Counted from the first letter of the stretch, positions 32,842 to 43,267 are shown. The stretch is DNA of 64,000 nucleotides from an uncultured delta proteobacterium (GCA_963776345.1 CAVZMH010000017.1:257186-321185), one strand, 5' to 3'. Numbers and translations: made by a program. Notes: a model not told the origin generated them from the sequence alone.

Positions 32842-34857
32842 TCAGCGCCGGGCAGGCGTCGTCGGCGCCACGGGTGTCGGCTCGACGTGCCGCGCGAAGG
32901 GGACCATCCCCAGCGCCGACTCCATCTCGTCCGGGAAGTAGAGGACGCCGTCCTTCACCACCAGCCGCCCCTTGCGGATCTGGTGAATGTCCTTCAGGGG
33001 GTCGCCCTCGACCAGGTAGAGGTCGGCCCGCTTCCCCACGCTGATGCTGCCCAGCTCGGCGTCCCTTCCGAGGAAGCGCGCTCCGCCGAGCGTGGCGGCG
33101 ACCAGGGTGTCCGCTGGCGAGATGCCCGCGTGGACCCACGACTCGAGTTCGCTGTGCAGCCCCACGCCTGGCACGTCGTCGGTACCGGGAACGAGCGGGA
33201 TTCCCTCGCGGTGGAGAAAGGCCACGAACTCGTCCTGACGCTTCTGGCTCGCCTCGTACGCCGCGTACTGCGCGGGCTTGATGTCCAGGAGGGTGGACTT
33301 GCGGTCCCGCTTCACCGGCGCGGGAACGTGCTCCAGCCACGGAGCGTCCACCGGCGAGCCATTGCCCGGCCGCGCCGCGAGGTTGTTGACGAAGGTGGCG
33401 AGGGTTGGGTCGAGCGCGGTGTGCCGCTGCTTCATCAGCGCGAGGAGGCGCTGGAACCCCGTTCCGGCAGGGTCCACCTCCTTGAGCCGCTCGCCGATGA
33501 CGGTGAAGCGGAAGGGCGTGCGCGGGTCCTCGCCGTCCTTCAGCACAAACATCAGCAGCAGCTGGTTGATGTGGTTGATCTCGTCGTACCCGTCGGTGAT
33601 GGCGCGCTCGGCGGTCATGAACGCCGGGACGTGCCCCGAAACGTGGAGCCCCAGCCGGTGCGCCTCCGCGGCGATGGGCTTCACCAGGTCCGGCGGCATC
33701 GAGTTGTAGATCTTGATGCCCCAGAAGCCGTGGTCCGCGTACCAGCGGACCTTGTCCAGCGCCTCGTCGAGGGTGCTCACCGTGAAGCCGCCGGCGGCCG
33801 AGAAGGGCGACTTCCCCTCGAGGAAGCCGCTCATTGTGACCCGCGGCCCGATGAGCTCGCCGGAGTCGATCCGGCGCACCAGCTCGAGCAGCCGCCGGTT
33901 GTCGTTCCCGGGGTCCCGCACGAAGGTCACGCCCGAGGCCACGTGGAGCAGCCCGCTCCAGTCGTCCATGTGCGCGTGGGAATCGAAGAGCCCCGGGAGC
34001 AAGGTCCCGCCCCCGCCGTCGATGGTCACCGCGCCGGCTGGCGGCGGGTCGCTCCGCAGCCCGACGATCCGGCCGCCGTAGAGCACCACGTTCCGGCCCT
34101 CGCTCGAGGTGCGTGTCGCCGGGTCGAAGATCTTCACCTGGGTGATCCACACCGGCCCATCCACCCGGTGCGCGAGTCGCCTCGACATCCGGGCGAGCAC
34201 CTCGCCGGAGAGGTCACTCGCCAGAGCCGAGAGCCGCTCGAAGGACTCGGGGAAACCATGCTCGACCAGCACCCCGAACGGGTCCAGCGTGGCCACCAGG
34301 TGGTTGCCGCGCGCGAGGAGGAACTGCGGCGAGAGACCGAGCCCCCAGAGCGCGTAGGTGTCGAGCCGCTCACCGCGACCGAGGGTGACGGTCCGGATCT
34401 TCTCCAGCCGCAGCGTGCCGGAGGGGAGCGCCGGCCGGGTCAGCCCCTTGCTCGCGAGGAGCACCTTCAGCTGGTGGATCAGCGACCACGGGCTGCCCCG
34501 GTTGTCGAGGTACAGGGCGTTCGACGCGGTGGCCTCGCCGGAGTCGTCGAGCGTCTTCCACCGGGCCTTGCCGGCCTCCACCCGGAAGCTCTCCTGCACC
34601 GGAGCCCCGAAGACGTTGGTCCCCGAGATCTCACGGGAGCTGGGGAGCCCTGCTGGGTCCAGGACCAGGTGCTCGCGGATCTTCGGTCCTCGCCCGTTCT
34701 GGTCGACGCGCCAGTCCACGTCCACCACGTTCCGCTCGGTGCGGACCTCGAGCGTCCCGATGCGCCCGGTCGAGGTGAGCAGGCCGTAGCGGTCGACGGT
34801 GCCGGCCAGGGCGAGCGGACCGAGCAGGAGTCCGCAGAGCAGTAGCGCGCGCTTCAC
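32842..34857 (-). CDS. Secreted amidohydrolase-family protein
   Basis: Signal peptide; 'LLPGLFDSHAH', 'GVTFVRDPGN', 'VSGHVP', 'PGTD', 'GSISVGKRADL'. Confidence 0.87.
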   Translation of the reverse strand: MKRALLLCGLLLGPLALAGTVDRYGLLTSTGRIGTLEVRTERNVVDVDWRVDQNGRGPKIREHLVLDPAGLPSSREISGTNVFGAPVQESFRVEAGKARWKTLDDSGEATASNALYLDNRGSPWSLIHQLKVLLASKGLTRPALPSGTLRLEKIRTVTLGRGERLDTYALWGLGLSPQFLLARGNHLVATLDPFGVLVEHGFPESFERLSALASDLSGEVLARMSRRLAHRVDGPVWITQVKIFDPATRTSSEGRNVVLYGGRIVGLRSDPPPAGAVTIDGGGGTLLPGLFDSHAHMDDWSGLLHVASGVTFVRDPGNDNRRLLELVRRIDSGELIGPRVTMSGFLEGKSPFSAAGGFTVSTLDEALDKVRWYADHGFWGIKIYNSMPPDLVKPIAAEAHRLGLHVSGHVPAFMTAERAITDGYDEINHINQLLLMFVLKDGEDPRTPFRFTVIGERLKEVDPAGTGFQRLLALMKQRHTALDPTLATFVNNLAARPGNGSPVDAPWLEHVPAPVKRDRKSTLLDIKPAQYAAYEASQKRQDEFVAFLHREGIPLVPGTDDVPGVGLHSELESWVHAGISPADTLVAATLGGARFLGRDAELGSISVGKRADLYLVEGDPLKDIHQIRKGRLVVKDGVLYFPDEMESALGMVPFARHVEPTPVAPTTPARR

Positions 34858-34928
34858 GAGAGCCTCGAGGTTCGGCCGCGCGGGCGGCGCGGAGCCGGCG
34901 GAGCCTAGCGACCCGGGAACGCGCGGGG

Positions 34929-36356
34929 CTAGTACGCCTTCGACCAGACCCAGGCGCCGGAGCTCGGGTTGCCGCAGACCACGCAGCTGCCCGGCTCGGA
35001 CTTGAGGTCGAAGGGCCGGTTGCGCGAGGTGACGCCGCCGGTCTCCTCCTTGATGCGCGCCTCGCAGGCGGGCCCGAGGCACCACTGGGCGACGAGGAAC
35101 CCGTCGTCGGCGCGGGCCTTCATCTCCTCCATCGAGCCCACCGGGAAGGTGTTCGCGTCGCGGAACGCGCGCGCCTTCTCGAACAGCGCCTTCTGCATGG
35201 CGTCGAGCTTGGCCCTGGCCACCGCCACCGCCTGGTCGAGCGGCACGGCCTCCTTGCTGCGGTCGTCCCGGCGCACCAGCACGCACGCGGCCTTCGCCAG
35301 GTCCTTGGGCCCCAGCTCCATCCGGAGGCACACCCCCGCCAGCTCGTACTCGAAATACTTGAAGCCCGGGCCCTTGCTCTCGTCGTCGTCGACGATGACC
35401 GACAGGCCGGCCTTGCGGAGGTCCTCGGCGACCGCCTGCGCCTTGGCCGTCACCGGGCCGCGCTCCTCGCCCTTGCCGATGACCACGATGGCCACGTGGG
35501 TCGGTGCGAGCTTGGGAGGGATGACCAGGCCCGCGTCGTCCGAGTGGGTCATCACCAGGCCGCCGATGAGCCGCGTCGACATGCCCCACGACGTCTGCCA
35601 GACGAAGTGCTGCTGCCCGTCCCGCCCCTGGAACTGCGTGCCGAAGGCGCGGGCGAAGTTCTGGCCCAGGTGGTGGCTGGTCCCCGCCTGGAGCGCCTTC
35701 TTGTCCTGCATCATCGCCTCGATGCTGTAGGTGCGGAGCGCGCCGGCGAACTTCTCGCTGTCCGACTTCAGGCCCGTGAGGACCGGCATCGCCATCCACT
35801 CCTCGGCGAAGGTCCGGTACACCTCGAGCATCCGGAGCGTCTCCTCCTGCGCCTCCGCTTCCGTCTCGTGGCAGGTGTGCCCCTCCTGCCAGAGGAACTC
35901 GGTGGTGCGGAGGAAGAGCCGGGTCCGCATCTCCCAGCGCACCACGTTCGCCCACTGGTTCAGCAGCATCGGGAGGTCCCGGTAGCTCTGGATCCACCGC
36001 GCGAACATCGAGTTGATGATGGTCTCGGAGGTCGGCCGGATGACGTAGGCCTCCTCGAGCTTCTTCCCGCCGGCGTGGGTCACCACCGCCAGCTGCGGGG
36101 CGAAGCCCTCGACGTGCTCCGCCTCCTTCCGGAGGAAGCTCTCGGGGATGAGCAGCGGGAAGTAGGCGTTCTTGTGCCCGGTGGCCTTGAACATCCCGTC
36201 GAGCACGCGCTGCATGTTCTCCCAGATCGCGTACCCGTTGGGGCGGATGACCATGCAGCCCTTGACGTCGGAGTAATCCGCGAGCTTCGACTTGAGGACC
36301 ACGTCCACGTACCACTCGGAGAAGTTCTTCTCCCGAGGGGTCAGCTTCTCGGCCAT
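34929..36356 (-). CDS. proS: Proline--tRNA ligase (archaeal/eukaryote-type)
   Basis: '[11 protein letters not shown]', 'RPTSET', '[10 protein letters not shown]', '[14 protein letters not shown]', 'QAGTSH', C-terminal Cys cluster and 'KAY'. Confidence 0.96.
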   Translation of the reverse strand: MAEKLTPREKNFSEWYVDVVLKSKLADYSDVKGCMVIRPNGYAIWENMQRVLDGMFKATGHKNAYFPLLIPESFLRKEAEHVEGFAPQLAVVTHAGGKKLEEAYVIRPTSETIINSMFARWIQSYRDLPMLLNQWANVVRWEMRTRLFLRTTEFLWQEGHTCHETEAEAQEETLRMLEVYRTFAEEWMAMPVLTGLKSDSEKFAGALRTYSIEAMMQDKKALQAGTSHHLGQNFARAFGTQFQGRDGQQHFVWQTSWGMSTRLIGGLVMTHSDDAGLVIPPKLAPTHVAIVVIGKGEERGPVTAKAQAVAEDLRKAGLSVIVDDDESKGPGFKYFEYELAGVCLRMELGPKDLAKAACVLVRRDDRSKEAVPLDQAVAVARAKLDAMQKALFEKARAFRDANTFPVGSMEEMKARADDGFLVAQWCLGPACEARIKEETGGVTSRNRPFDLKSEPGSCVVCGNPSSGAWVWSKAY

Positions 36357-36420
36357 GACGTTCCGTTCACCCTTTCCGGCAGGAAGGGGGTCACGTACCG
36401 GACCGGCCGGGGCGGCGCAA

Positions 36421-36786
36421 CTACCGGGACTTGGTGGGGTTGGTGATTCCCCGGATCTGCGGGACCGCCTCGATCGGCTGCACCTTGCCCTGCTCGGGGT
36501 CGACCACGACGCGCATCGGCTCGGGGACGCCCGGGCCGAGGTCGAAGGTGAGCTCCAGCATCCCGCTGGGCAGAGTCTGGGCCTGGTGGACCTGGGCGTT
36601 GGTCACGCCGGTGTTGGCGACCACGTAGTCGCTCCCCGCCTTCAGCGCGCCGTCGAAGCCCAGGTTGGTGATGGCGGCGGGGGCCGGCGCGGGCCCGGGG
36701 GCCGGCTGACGGTCGGTTCCCCCCGCGGCGGCGCATCCTGCGCCAAGGAGGAAGAGCCCCGCCCACCCCGTCGTGCGCCAGCTCAC
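36421..36786 (-). CDS. Hypothetical lipoprotein (paralog A, PepSY-like)
   Basis: Lipobox LGAGC; Pro linker; '[39 protein letters not shown]'. Confidence 0.7.
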   Translation of the reverse strand: MSWRTTGWAGLFLLGAGCAAAGGTDRQPAPGPAPAPAAITNLGFDGALKAGSDYVVANTGVTNAQVHQAQTLPSGMLELTFDLGPGVPEPMRVVVDPEQGKVQPIEAVPQIRGITNPTKSR

Positions 36787-36883
36787 GCCCCGGAGCCTGC
36801 GGCCCGTGTCCGCAGCCCGTCAAGCACTCCCCGGAAACAGCGCGGCAATTGCCTCGAGGCTGCTCACCCGTCGACCTTCGGTG

Positions 36884-37234
36884 CTACTTGGCGGGCTCGG
36901 TCACGCCGCGGATCTGCTGGACGGGCTCCATCGACTCCACCCGTCCGCTCACCCGGTTCACCACCACCCGCACCGGGAACTTGCCTGGACCGAGGTCGAA
37001 GGTGAGCTCGAGCATGCCGGCCGGCAGCTCCTGGCTCGCGATGAGCGTGGCATCGCCGTACCCGGCGGATTGCTTGACGTAGTCGCTGCCCATCCGGACC
37101 GCCTGGTCGAACCCGAGCACGCCGATCATGGCCTGCGACGGCGGGGGGGCCGGGGCGGGCGGTCGGTTCCCGTGTCCCGCAGGTGCGCACGCCGTCCACA
37201 TCAGGAAGAACCCCGCCGCCCAGGCCCGCGTCAT
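36884..37234 (-). CDS. Hypothetical lipoprotein (paralog B, PepSY-like)
   Basis: Lipobox MWTAC; '[39 protein letters not shown]'. Confidence 0.7.
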   Translation of the reverse strand: MTRAWAAGFFLMWTACAPAGHGNRPPAPAPPPSQAMIGVLGFDQAVRMGSDYVKQSAGYGDATLIASQELPAGMLELTFDLGPGKFPVRVVVNRVSGRVESMEPVQQIRGVTEPAK

Positions 37235-37418
37235 GTCGGCGGAAAGCGTGGGCATGTGGGGGAAGCGAGGTCAAGCCAATGTGTGGCGCGGGAAGGCTCG
37301 GGATGAACGAGCGCACGCCGCGGTGCCGCCTCCCACGCGCGCAGATGCTGCGTGGCAGCGGTGTGTCGCAGCGAGTGCGCGCCTCGCCTACGCGAGGGAT
37401 TTGTTAACGTCGTCACGA

Positions 37419-38729
37419 ATGCCGCGTCCGCGCCTGCTGGTCGTCGACGACAATCTCGAGTTGCTGTCGCTCCTGACGCACCTGTTCGAGGACGCCGGCT
37501 ACGACGTGGTCTCCGCCTCCAAGGCGAAGCAGGCCCTCGATGTCGCGCGGGGGAACGCGCCGGCGCTGGCGGTGCTCGACGTGCTGCTGCCCGACCTGAT
37601 GGGCTACCACCTGGCCGATCAGCTGCGGAAGGACTTCCCGCAGCTCCCGGTCATCTTCATCACCGGCGTGTTCAAGGGCGGCAAGCACGCCGTGGACGCC
37701 AAGGCGAAGCACGGCGCGGTGGCCTGGTTCGAGAAGCCCTTCGAGGCCCGCAAGCTGCTCGAGGCGGTGGCCCACCACGTGCCCGCGACTCCCGGCGGCA
37801 CCGGCGACACCGAGGAGTTCGAGGTCGAGCTGGACATCGACATCGAGGAGGAAGAGCAGCCGGACACGATGGAGCTCACCGGCAAGATCAAGGTGACCGA
37901 CGACGCCGACGTGAGTGCCGAGCTCCGGGGCGCCGACCTCCGCGCCAAGCCGATGCAGCGCTACCCGGACACGCTGGTGCGGACCCGTCCGGCCGGGAGC
38001 CCGCCGCCGCCGCCGCCGACCAAGGCCCTCCGCCGGGGCGAGCTGAGGAACAACCTGCCCTCGCTGATCACCGCCTTCTTCCAGACCCGCGAGACGGGGG
38101 AGCTCGGTGTGCAGCGCGGGCAGGTGAAGAAGGTCGTGTACTTCGAGGAAGGGATGCCGGTGTTCGCGCTGTCGAACCTCCTCTCGGACCGGCTGGGGCA
38201 GTTCCTGGTCCGCACCGGGAAGATCCGGCCCGAGCAGCTGGCCGAGGTGGCGCTGATGGCGCAGCAGACCAAGCGGCGGACCGGCGACATCCTCGTCGAG
38301 CGCGGGCTGCTCCGGGACACCGAGCGCGTCTACTACGTGGGGCAGCAGGTGAAGTCGACCATCTACTCGCTCTTCGCCTGGGAAGAGGGCTCCTACGTGA
38401 TGTCCTTCGGTGGCAAGGCGCTGGGCGAGACGCTGAAGCTCGACGTCAACCCCGCCAACCTCATCGTCCGCGGGGTGAAGAAGCTCTACAAGACCGAGCG
38501 GGTGAAGCGCATCCTGGCGCTGGAGGACCGGCTCGTCCCCTCGCGGCAGCCGGTGTACCCGCTGAGCGACATCGAGCTCGAGCGCTGGGAGTCGGATCTG
38601 CTCGCCCACGCCGACGGGAGCCGGACGGTGGCCGAGCTGATCGCCTTCTCCCGCCGCCCCGAGCCGGTGGTGCAGCTCACCCTGGCCTCGCTCCTGGCCG
38701 TCCAGGCGCTGGAGAAGTCCGCGGACTAG
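37419..38729 (+). CDS. Response regulator with REC and DUF4388/PATAN-like domain
   Basis: REC 'LLVVDDN..LDVLLPD..FITG..FEKPF'; acidic linker; 'RETGELGV..KKVVYFEEG..RLGQFLV..LFAWEEGSY'. Confidence 0.85.
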   Translation: MPRPRLLVVDDNLELLSLLTHLFEDAGYDVVSASKAKQALDVARGNAPALAVLDVLLPDLMGYHLADQLRKDFPQLPVIFITGVFKGGKHAVDAKAKHGAVAWFEKPFEARKLLEAVAHHVPATPGGTGDTEEFEVELDIDIEEEEQPDTMELTGKIKVTDDADVSAELRGADLRAKPMQRYPDTLVRTRPAGSPPPPPPTKALRRGELRNNLPSLITAFFQTRETGELGVQRGQVKKVVYFEEGMPVFALSNLLSDRLGQFLVRTGKIRPEQLAEVALMAQQTKRRTGDILVERGLLRDTERVYYVGQQVKSTIYSLFAWEEGSYVMSFGGKALGETLKLDVNPANLIVRGVKKLYKTERVKRILALEDRLVPSRQPVYPLSDIELERWESDLLAHADGSRTVAELIAFSRRPEPVVQLTLASLLAVQALEKSAD

Positions 38730-39448
38730 CCGAGCAGCTTCGGGACGAGCGGCCAGCCCCAGAGGAGGCCCATCGTCACGCTGAGCGTCCCGGCGGCGGC
38801 GCTGGTCCATCCCCGGGCGCGGGGAGTGCGGAGGAGCCGCGCCAGCGGCCAGCCGGCGAGCCCGGAGAGCAGTCCCATCCCCAGCACCGAGCCGCCGCCG
38901 AACACCACGGTGTAGGCGATGCGCTCGGCGTTGCTGTCGAACCCCGCCAGGACCAGCGCGGTCAGCGCGCCGCTGCCGGCGAGCCCGTGGATGACTCCGA
39001 CCACCAGCGGGCGGACGGCGTAGGCCCGGCGGCCGAGGTGGACGTGCGGGGCCTCGCCAGGGTGCACGTGCAGCCGTCCTCCGTGCTCGTGCCGCTGCGG
39101 GGCGCCGTGCGCCATCTCCGCCCGCGCGCGCACCAGGGCCCGCACGCCGAGGAAGAGCAGCATCACCGAGACCAGGAGCTCGAAGATCGCGGTCAACCGG
39201 TCGGACAGGGTGGTGCGCAGGAGCGCGAGCACCACGCCCATCCCCAGCAGGGCCAGCGTGTGGCCCAGCCCCCAGAACGCCCCGAGCCATAGCCCCGACC
39301 GTGGGTTGTCCTCCTCGGTCACCAGGGTGGAGACGGCCGCGAGGTGGTCGGGTTCGAGGGCATGTCGCATGCCCAGGAGCAGTCCGAGGAACCAGGCGGT
39401 GGCAGTGGTCAGGGCGCCTCTCCGGGACCGCTCTATCACGCCTGGCAC
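38726..39448 (-). CDS. Nickel/cobalt transporter-like or UreH-type membrane protein
   Basis: 'GMRHALEPDHLAAV', 'WGLGHT', His-rich loop 'HEHGGRLHVHP..HVH', 'GVIHGLAGS'; start uncertain. Confidence 0.8.
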   Translation of the reverse strand: MPGVIERSRRGALTTATAWFLGLLLGMRHALEPDHLAAVSTLVTEEDNPRSGLWLGAFWGLGHTLALLGMGVVLALLRTTLSDRLTAIFELLVSVMLLFLGVRALVRARAEMAHGAPQRHEHGGRLHVHPGEAPHVHLGRRAYAVRPLVVGVIHGLAGSGALTALVLAGFDSNAERIAYTVVFGGGSVLGMGLLSGLAGWPLARLLRTPRARGWTSAAAGTLSVTMGLLWGWPLVPKLLG

Positions 39449-39478
39449 CGGCCGAGGTCGACCGGGGGATGCGCCGCG

Positions 39479-40594
39479 TCAGCCCGGGGCGTCGGGTCGG
39501 GCCGTCGGGTCGCGGCCGGCGACGGCCGGCGCCGTGGAACCGAGGCCGAGGTCCTCGACCATCCGGCGGTGCTCGGCAGACCCGAGCTCCGTGACGCGGT
39601 CCTCGGCGGGGCGGACGAACCGTCGCACCAGCGTGTCGATGCGCGCGTGCGCCTCTCGCAGCCGCTCCTGCCCGATGTGCCCCTTCCGCGCGGCCTCGAC
39701 CAGCGCGTCCAGCACCCGGTGCTGCACCGCCGCATGGTGGCACACCAGCAGCACGTCGACCCCCGCGCACACGGCCTCCACCGCTGCGGACGCCGCGTCG
39801 GCGATGGCCTTCATCTCCAGGTCGTCACCGACCGCCACGCCGTCGAAGCCGAGTCGCTCTCGCAGCAGGCCGGTGATGGAGGCCCGGCTCAGCGTCGCCG
39901 GCACGTCTTCCCCGAGCGCGGGAAAGCGCACGTGCGCGGTCATCACCGAGGCCAGCCGGGCCCGGGAATACGCAGCGAAGGGGACGAGCTCCACCGCCTC
40001 GAGGCGCGGCAGCCCGTGCTCCAGCACCGGCAGCGTGAGGTGGCTGTCCTGCAGCGTGTCCCCGTGGCCGGGGAAGTGCTTCCCGCAGGAGGCGACGCCG
40101 CCGCGCTCGAGCCCGTCGGCGAGCGCCACGCCCAGGCGCGCGACCTCCGCCGGCTCCGACCCGAAGCTCCGGTCACCGATGACCGGGTTCGCCGGGTTGC
40201 TGTCCACGTCGAGCACCGGCGCGAAGTCCCAGTCGAAGCCGGTGGCCCGGAGCTCGAAGGCGAGCAGACGGCCCACGCGCCGGGCGATCTCCACGTCCCC
40301 GCGCTGCCCGATGGCCCGCATCGGCGGGAGCGCGGTGTACGGCGCCCCCCGCAGCCGCGCCACCCGGCCGCCCTCCTGGTCCACCGCCACCGGGAAGGGA
40401 CGGGCCGCCCGGGACTTGAGCTCGCGGACCAGCAGCGCCGTCTCCGCGGCGGTGCCCACGTTCCGGCCGAAGAGGATGGCCCCCAGCACCCCGGCGTCGA
40501 TCAGCCCGCCGAGGCCGTGGTCCACCTTCCGGCCCGGAAACCCCACCAGCAGCAGCCGTGCACACGCCTGACGGAGATCGGTCACTGGATCCAC
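39479..40594 (-). CDS. nagZ: Beta-N-acetylhexosaminidase (GH3)
   Basis: 'VDQEGGRVAR', 'KHFPGHGDTLQDSH', 'MTAHV', 'DDLEMKA'. Confidence 0.92.
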   Translation of the reverse strand: MDPVTDLRQACARLLLVGFPGRKVDHGLGGLIDAGVLGAILFGRNVGTAAETALLVRELKSRAARPFPVAVDQEGGRVARLRGAPYTALPPMRAIGQRGDVEIARRVGRLLAFELRATGFDWDFAPVLDVDSNPANPVIGDRSFGSEPAEVARLGVALADGLERGGVASCGKHFPGHGDTLQDSHLTLPVLEHGLPRLEAVELVPFAAYSRARLASVMTAHVRFPALGEDVPATLSRASITGLLRERLGFDGVAVGDDLEMKAIADAASAAVEAVCAGVDVLLVCHHAAVQHRVLDALVEAARKGHIGQERLREAHARIDTLVRRFVRPAEDRVTELGSAEHRRMVEDLGLGSTAPAVAGRDPTARPDAPG

Positions 40595-40715
40595 TCAGTG
40601 TAGCAGGCCATGGCCCTCCGCTCGCCCCGCTGATGGACCGCAGCACCGGAGCGCGCCCCCGGATGCACAAGCCCCTTGCACGCCGCCCCTCGGGCTGGAA
40701 TCACCCCGGATCGCC

Positions 40716-41360
40716 ATGGCCGACACCGCCCACACGCTCGCCCCCACCGGTTCCTTCTACCGCGCGCGCATCGCTTCGCTGCTGGCGATCGCCCCGCTCG
40801 GCATCTGGACCGCGCTCCACCTCTGGGACAACCTCAGCGCCTACGCCGGCGCGCAGGCCTGGGAGCAGGCGGTCACCGGCGCACGCCACCCGCTGAACCA
40901 GGCGCTCCTGGTGGTGCTGGTGTTGCTCCCGCTGGTGCTTCACACGGTCTGGGGGATCGCCCGGCTCGCCTCGTCCCGGCCGAACAACGTGCGGTACGGG
41001 TACTACGAGAACCTCAAGTACCTGCTGCAGCGGCTGAGCGCGCTCGGGCTCCTCGGCTTCATCGGAGCGCACCTCTGGCTCGCCTGGGCTCAGCCCCGCT
41101 TCGTGGAGGGCAGGCCGGAACCCTTCGTCGACATCTCCCACGAGATGGCCCACCACACGCCCACGCTGGTGGTCTACATCCTGGGCGTCCTCGCGGTGAG
41201 CTACCACCTGGCGAACGGCATCCAGACCTTCGCCATGGGGCAGGGGGTGGTGGCGAGCGCCGGCGCGCTGAAGCGCCTGGAGTGGGTGGTCTACCTGACC
41301 TTCGTCCTCCTCCTGGCGATGGGCTGGGGCAGCGTGTTCGCTCTCTGGCGCGCGGGCTGA
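40716..41360 (+). CDS. Succinate dehydrogenase cytochrome b558-like membrane protein (orphan)
   Basis: 5 TM; His in 'ALHLWDN', 'VLHTVWG', 'GAHLW', 'SYHLANG'; 'NLKYLLQRLS'. Confidence 0.75.
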   Translation: MADTAHTLAPTGSFYRARIASLLAIAPLGIWTALHLWDNLSAYAGAQAWEQAVTGARHPLNQALLVVLVLLPLVLHTVWGIARLASSRPNNVRYGYYENLKYLLQRLSALGLLGFIGAHLWLAWAQPRFVEGRPEPFVDISHEMAHHTPTLVVYILGVLAVSYHLANGIQTFAMGQGVVASAGALKRLEWVVYLTFVLLLAMGWGSVFALWRAG

Positions 41361-41394
41361 TCTGTCGCGGCGCCGGGCCCGGGGCTCGGTTACG

Positions 41395-42381
41395 GTGGGC
41401 GCCACGGTGGACTCCGGGCACCTCACCATCGGCTTCCTCATGGACCCGCTCGAGCAGGTGCTGGTCCACCACGACACCACCTTCGCCCTCATGCGCACGG
41501 CGCAGGAGCGCGGGCACCGGCTCCTGAGCTTCGGCCAGGAGTCGCTCTTCCACCTGGGCGGACAGACCCACGCCCGGGCCCGCGAGGTGGAGGTCTTCGA
41601 GCAGCAGGGGCACCACTTCCGCGTGGTGGCCGAGCGCGAGGTCCCGCTCGGTGCCCTCGACGTGCTGTGGATGCGCAAGGATCCGCCGGTGGACGTGCCG
41701 TTCCTCCACGCCACGCAGCTGGTGGAGGCGACCGGGGGTCGCTCACCGGTCTACGTGAACTCGCCCGCCGGGCTGCGGACGGCCAACGAGAAGCTCTGGG
41801 CGCTGCACTTCCCCGAGCTCACGCCCAGGACGCTGGTCAGTCGCGACCTGGCGCAGCTGCGCGCCTTCGTCGAGGAGGCTCCCGACGGAGCCATCGTGAA
41901 GCCGGTCGACGGCCACGGCGGCGAGGGCGTGGTTCTGTTGAGGCGCGGGGACCGGAACACGGCGGCGATGCTGGAGCTGCTCACCGCCCGTGGACGCGAC
42001 TGGGCGGTGGCGCAGGAGTACGTCCCCGCGGCGCGCGAGGGGGACAAGCGCATCCTCCTGCTCGACGGCGAGCCGCTCGGCGCCATCAACCGCGTCCCGC
42101 TCGAGTCCGAGAACCGCGCCAACATGGCGGTCGGCGGTCAGCCGGTGAAGACCACGCTCACCGCGCGCGACCGGGAGATCTGCGCCCGGCTCGCCCCGCT
42201 CCTCCGGAAGGAGGGGCTGATCTTCGTGGGCATCGACGTCATCGGCGACTTCCTGATCGAGGTGAACGTCACCAGCCCCACCGGCCTCGCCGAGCTGGCC
42301 CACCTCGAGGGCGGTGACCCCGCGGGGCGCATCCTCGGGCACGTGGAGCAGCTCGCGGCGGCCCGGCCGGCCCGGACCTGA
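41395..42381 (+). CDS. gshB: Glutathione synthetase
   Basis: 'FLMDPL', 'DTTFAL', 'MRKDPP', 'NEKL', 'EGDKRI', 'RANMAVGG', 'GIDVIG..EVNVTSPTG'. Confidence 0.94.
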   Translation: MGATVDSGHLTIGFLMDPLEQVLVHHDTTFALMRTAQERGHRLLSFGQESLFHLGGQTHARAREVEVFEQQGHHFRVVAEREVPLGALDVLWMRKDPPVDVPFLHATQLVEATGGRSPVYVNSPAGLRTANEKLWALHFPELTPRTLVSRDLAQLRAFVEEAPDGAIVKPVDGHGGEGVVLLRRGDRNTAAMLELLTARGRDWAVAQEYVPAAREGDKRILLLDGEPLGAINRVPLESENRANMAVGGQPVKTTLTARDREICARLAPLLRKEGLIFVGIDVIGDFLIEVNVTSPTGLAELAHLEGGDPAGRILGHVEQLAAARPART

Positions 42382-42500
42382 GCGCCGAGCGCTCGTGCCT
42401 CCTCGGGCAGGGCGAGCTCCGGTGAACTCGCCGTGCGACCTTGGTCTGATTGCCAGCGCGCAGTCCGTCGGCCATCGATGGGCCATCACCAGGAGGCCTC

Positions 42501-43247
42501 ATGTCGATCCGAACGACCGGTGGAATCTCGCTCGCCTTGCTGCTCATGGGCTGTGGCGTCTCCAAGGACGAGTTCGCCGCTGCCCAGAGAGACTCGGCGA
42601 ACAACCTCAAGAAGTACGAGGACGAGGCCAAGAAGTCTGCAGCCCTGGAGAAGAAGAACGCCGAGCTGCAAGCGCAGAACGAGGCGCTCGCCAAGTCGAC
42701 TGCCCAGCTGAGCGAGGAGAAGGGCGCGCTGGAGGCGAAGAGCAAGCAGTACGAGGAGCTCGCCCAGTCCCTGAAGGGCGAGATCGCCAGCGGGGAGATC
42801 GAGCTCTCCGAGCTCCGGGGCAAGATGACGGTGAAGCTCAAGGACCGGATCCTCTTCGCCTCGGGCTCGGCGGCCATCAACAAGGAGGGGAGAAAGGTCC
42901 TCGACGCGGTGTCCAAGGCGTTCAAGGGCCTCGAGGGAAAGAACGTCATCGTCGCCGGGTACACCGACGATGTCCGCGTCGGGCGCAAGCTTCCCTTCAA
43001 GGACAACTGGGACCTCTCCACCGCTCGTGCGGTGAGCGTGGTCCGCTACCTGCAGGCCCACGAGATCGACCCACGCATGCTGGGAGCGGCGGGCTTCTCG
43101 AAGTACCGGCCGCGGGCCTCCAACGAGACCGCGGAGGGCAAGAGCCAGAATCGACGGATCGAGATCGTCCTCACCGCCGCGGACTACACGCCACCGGTGG
43201 TGGACATGCCCGCGGCGGCGCAACCCCCGGCCGAGCCGGCTCGCTGA
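42501..43247 (+). CDS. OmpA/MotB-family peptidoglycan-binding lipoprotein with coiled coil
   Basis: AGGAGG RBS; lipobox LMGC; 'ILFASGSA', 'GYTDD', 'NWDLSTARAVSV', 'NRRIEI'. Confidence 0.88.
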   Translation: MSIRTTGGISLALLLMGCGVSKDEFAAAQRDSANNLKKYEDEAKKSAALEKKNAELQAQNEALAKSTAQLSEEKGALEAKSKQYEELAQSLKGEIASGEIELSELRGKMTVKLKDRILFASGSAAINKEGRKVLDAVSKAFKGLEGKNVIVAGYTDDVRVGRKLPFKDNWDLSTARAVSVVRYLQAHEIDPRMLGAAGFSKYRPRASNETAEGKSQNRRIEIVLTAADYTPPVVDMPAAAQPPAEPAR

Positions 43248-43267
43248 CGGTCCGCGCTCTTTTCCGG

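Noticed and set aside
32842..36315. Apparent 1157-aa protein overlapping proS
   Set aside because: Only the part from 34857 down (signal peptide plus amidohydrolase) is credible; the rest is an off-frame read through proS
42501..43247. Flagellar motor MotB
   Set aside because: Has a lipobox and coiled coil rather than the MotB TM helix with its conserved Asp; no motA or flagellar genes nearby
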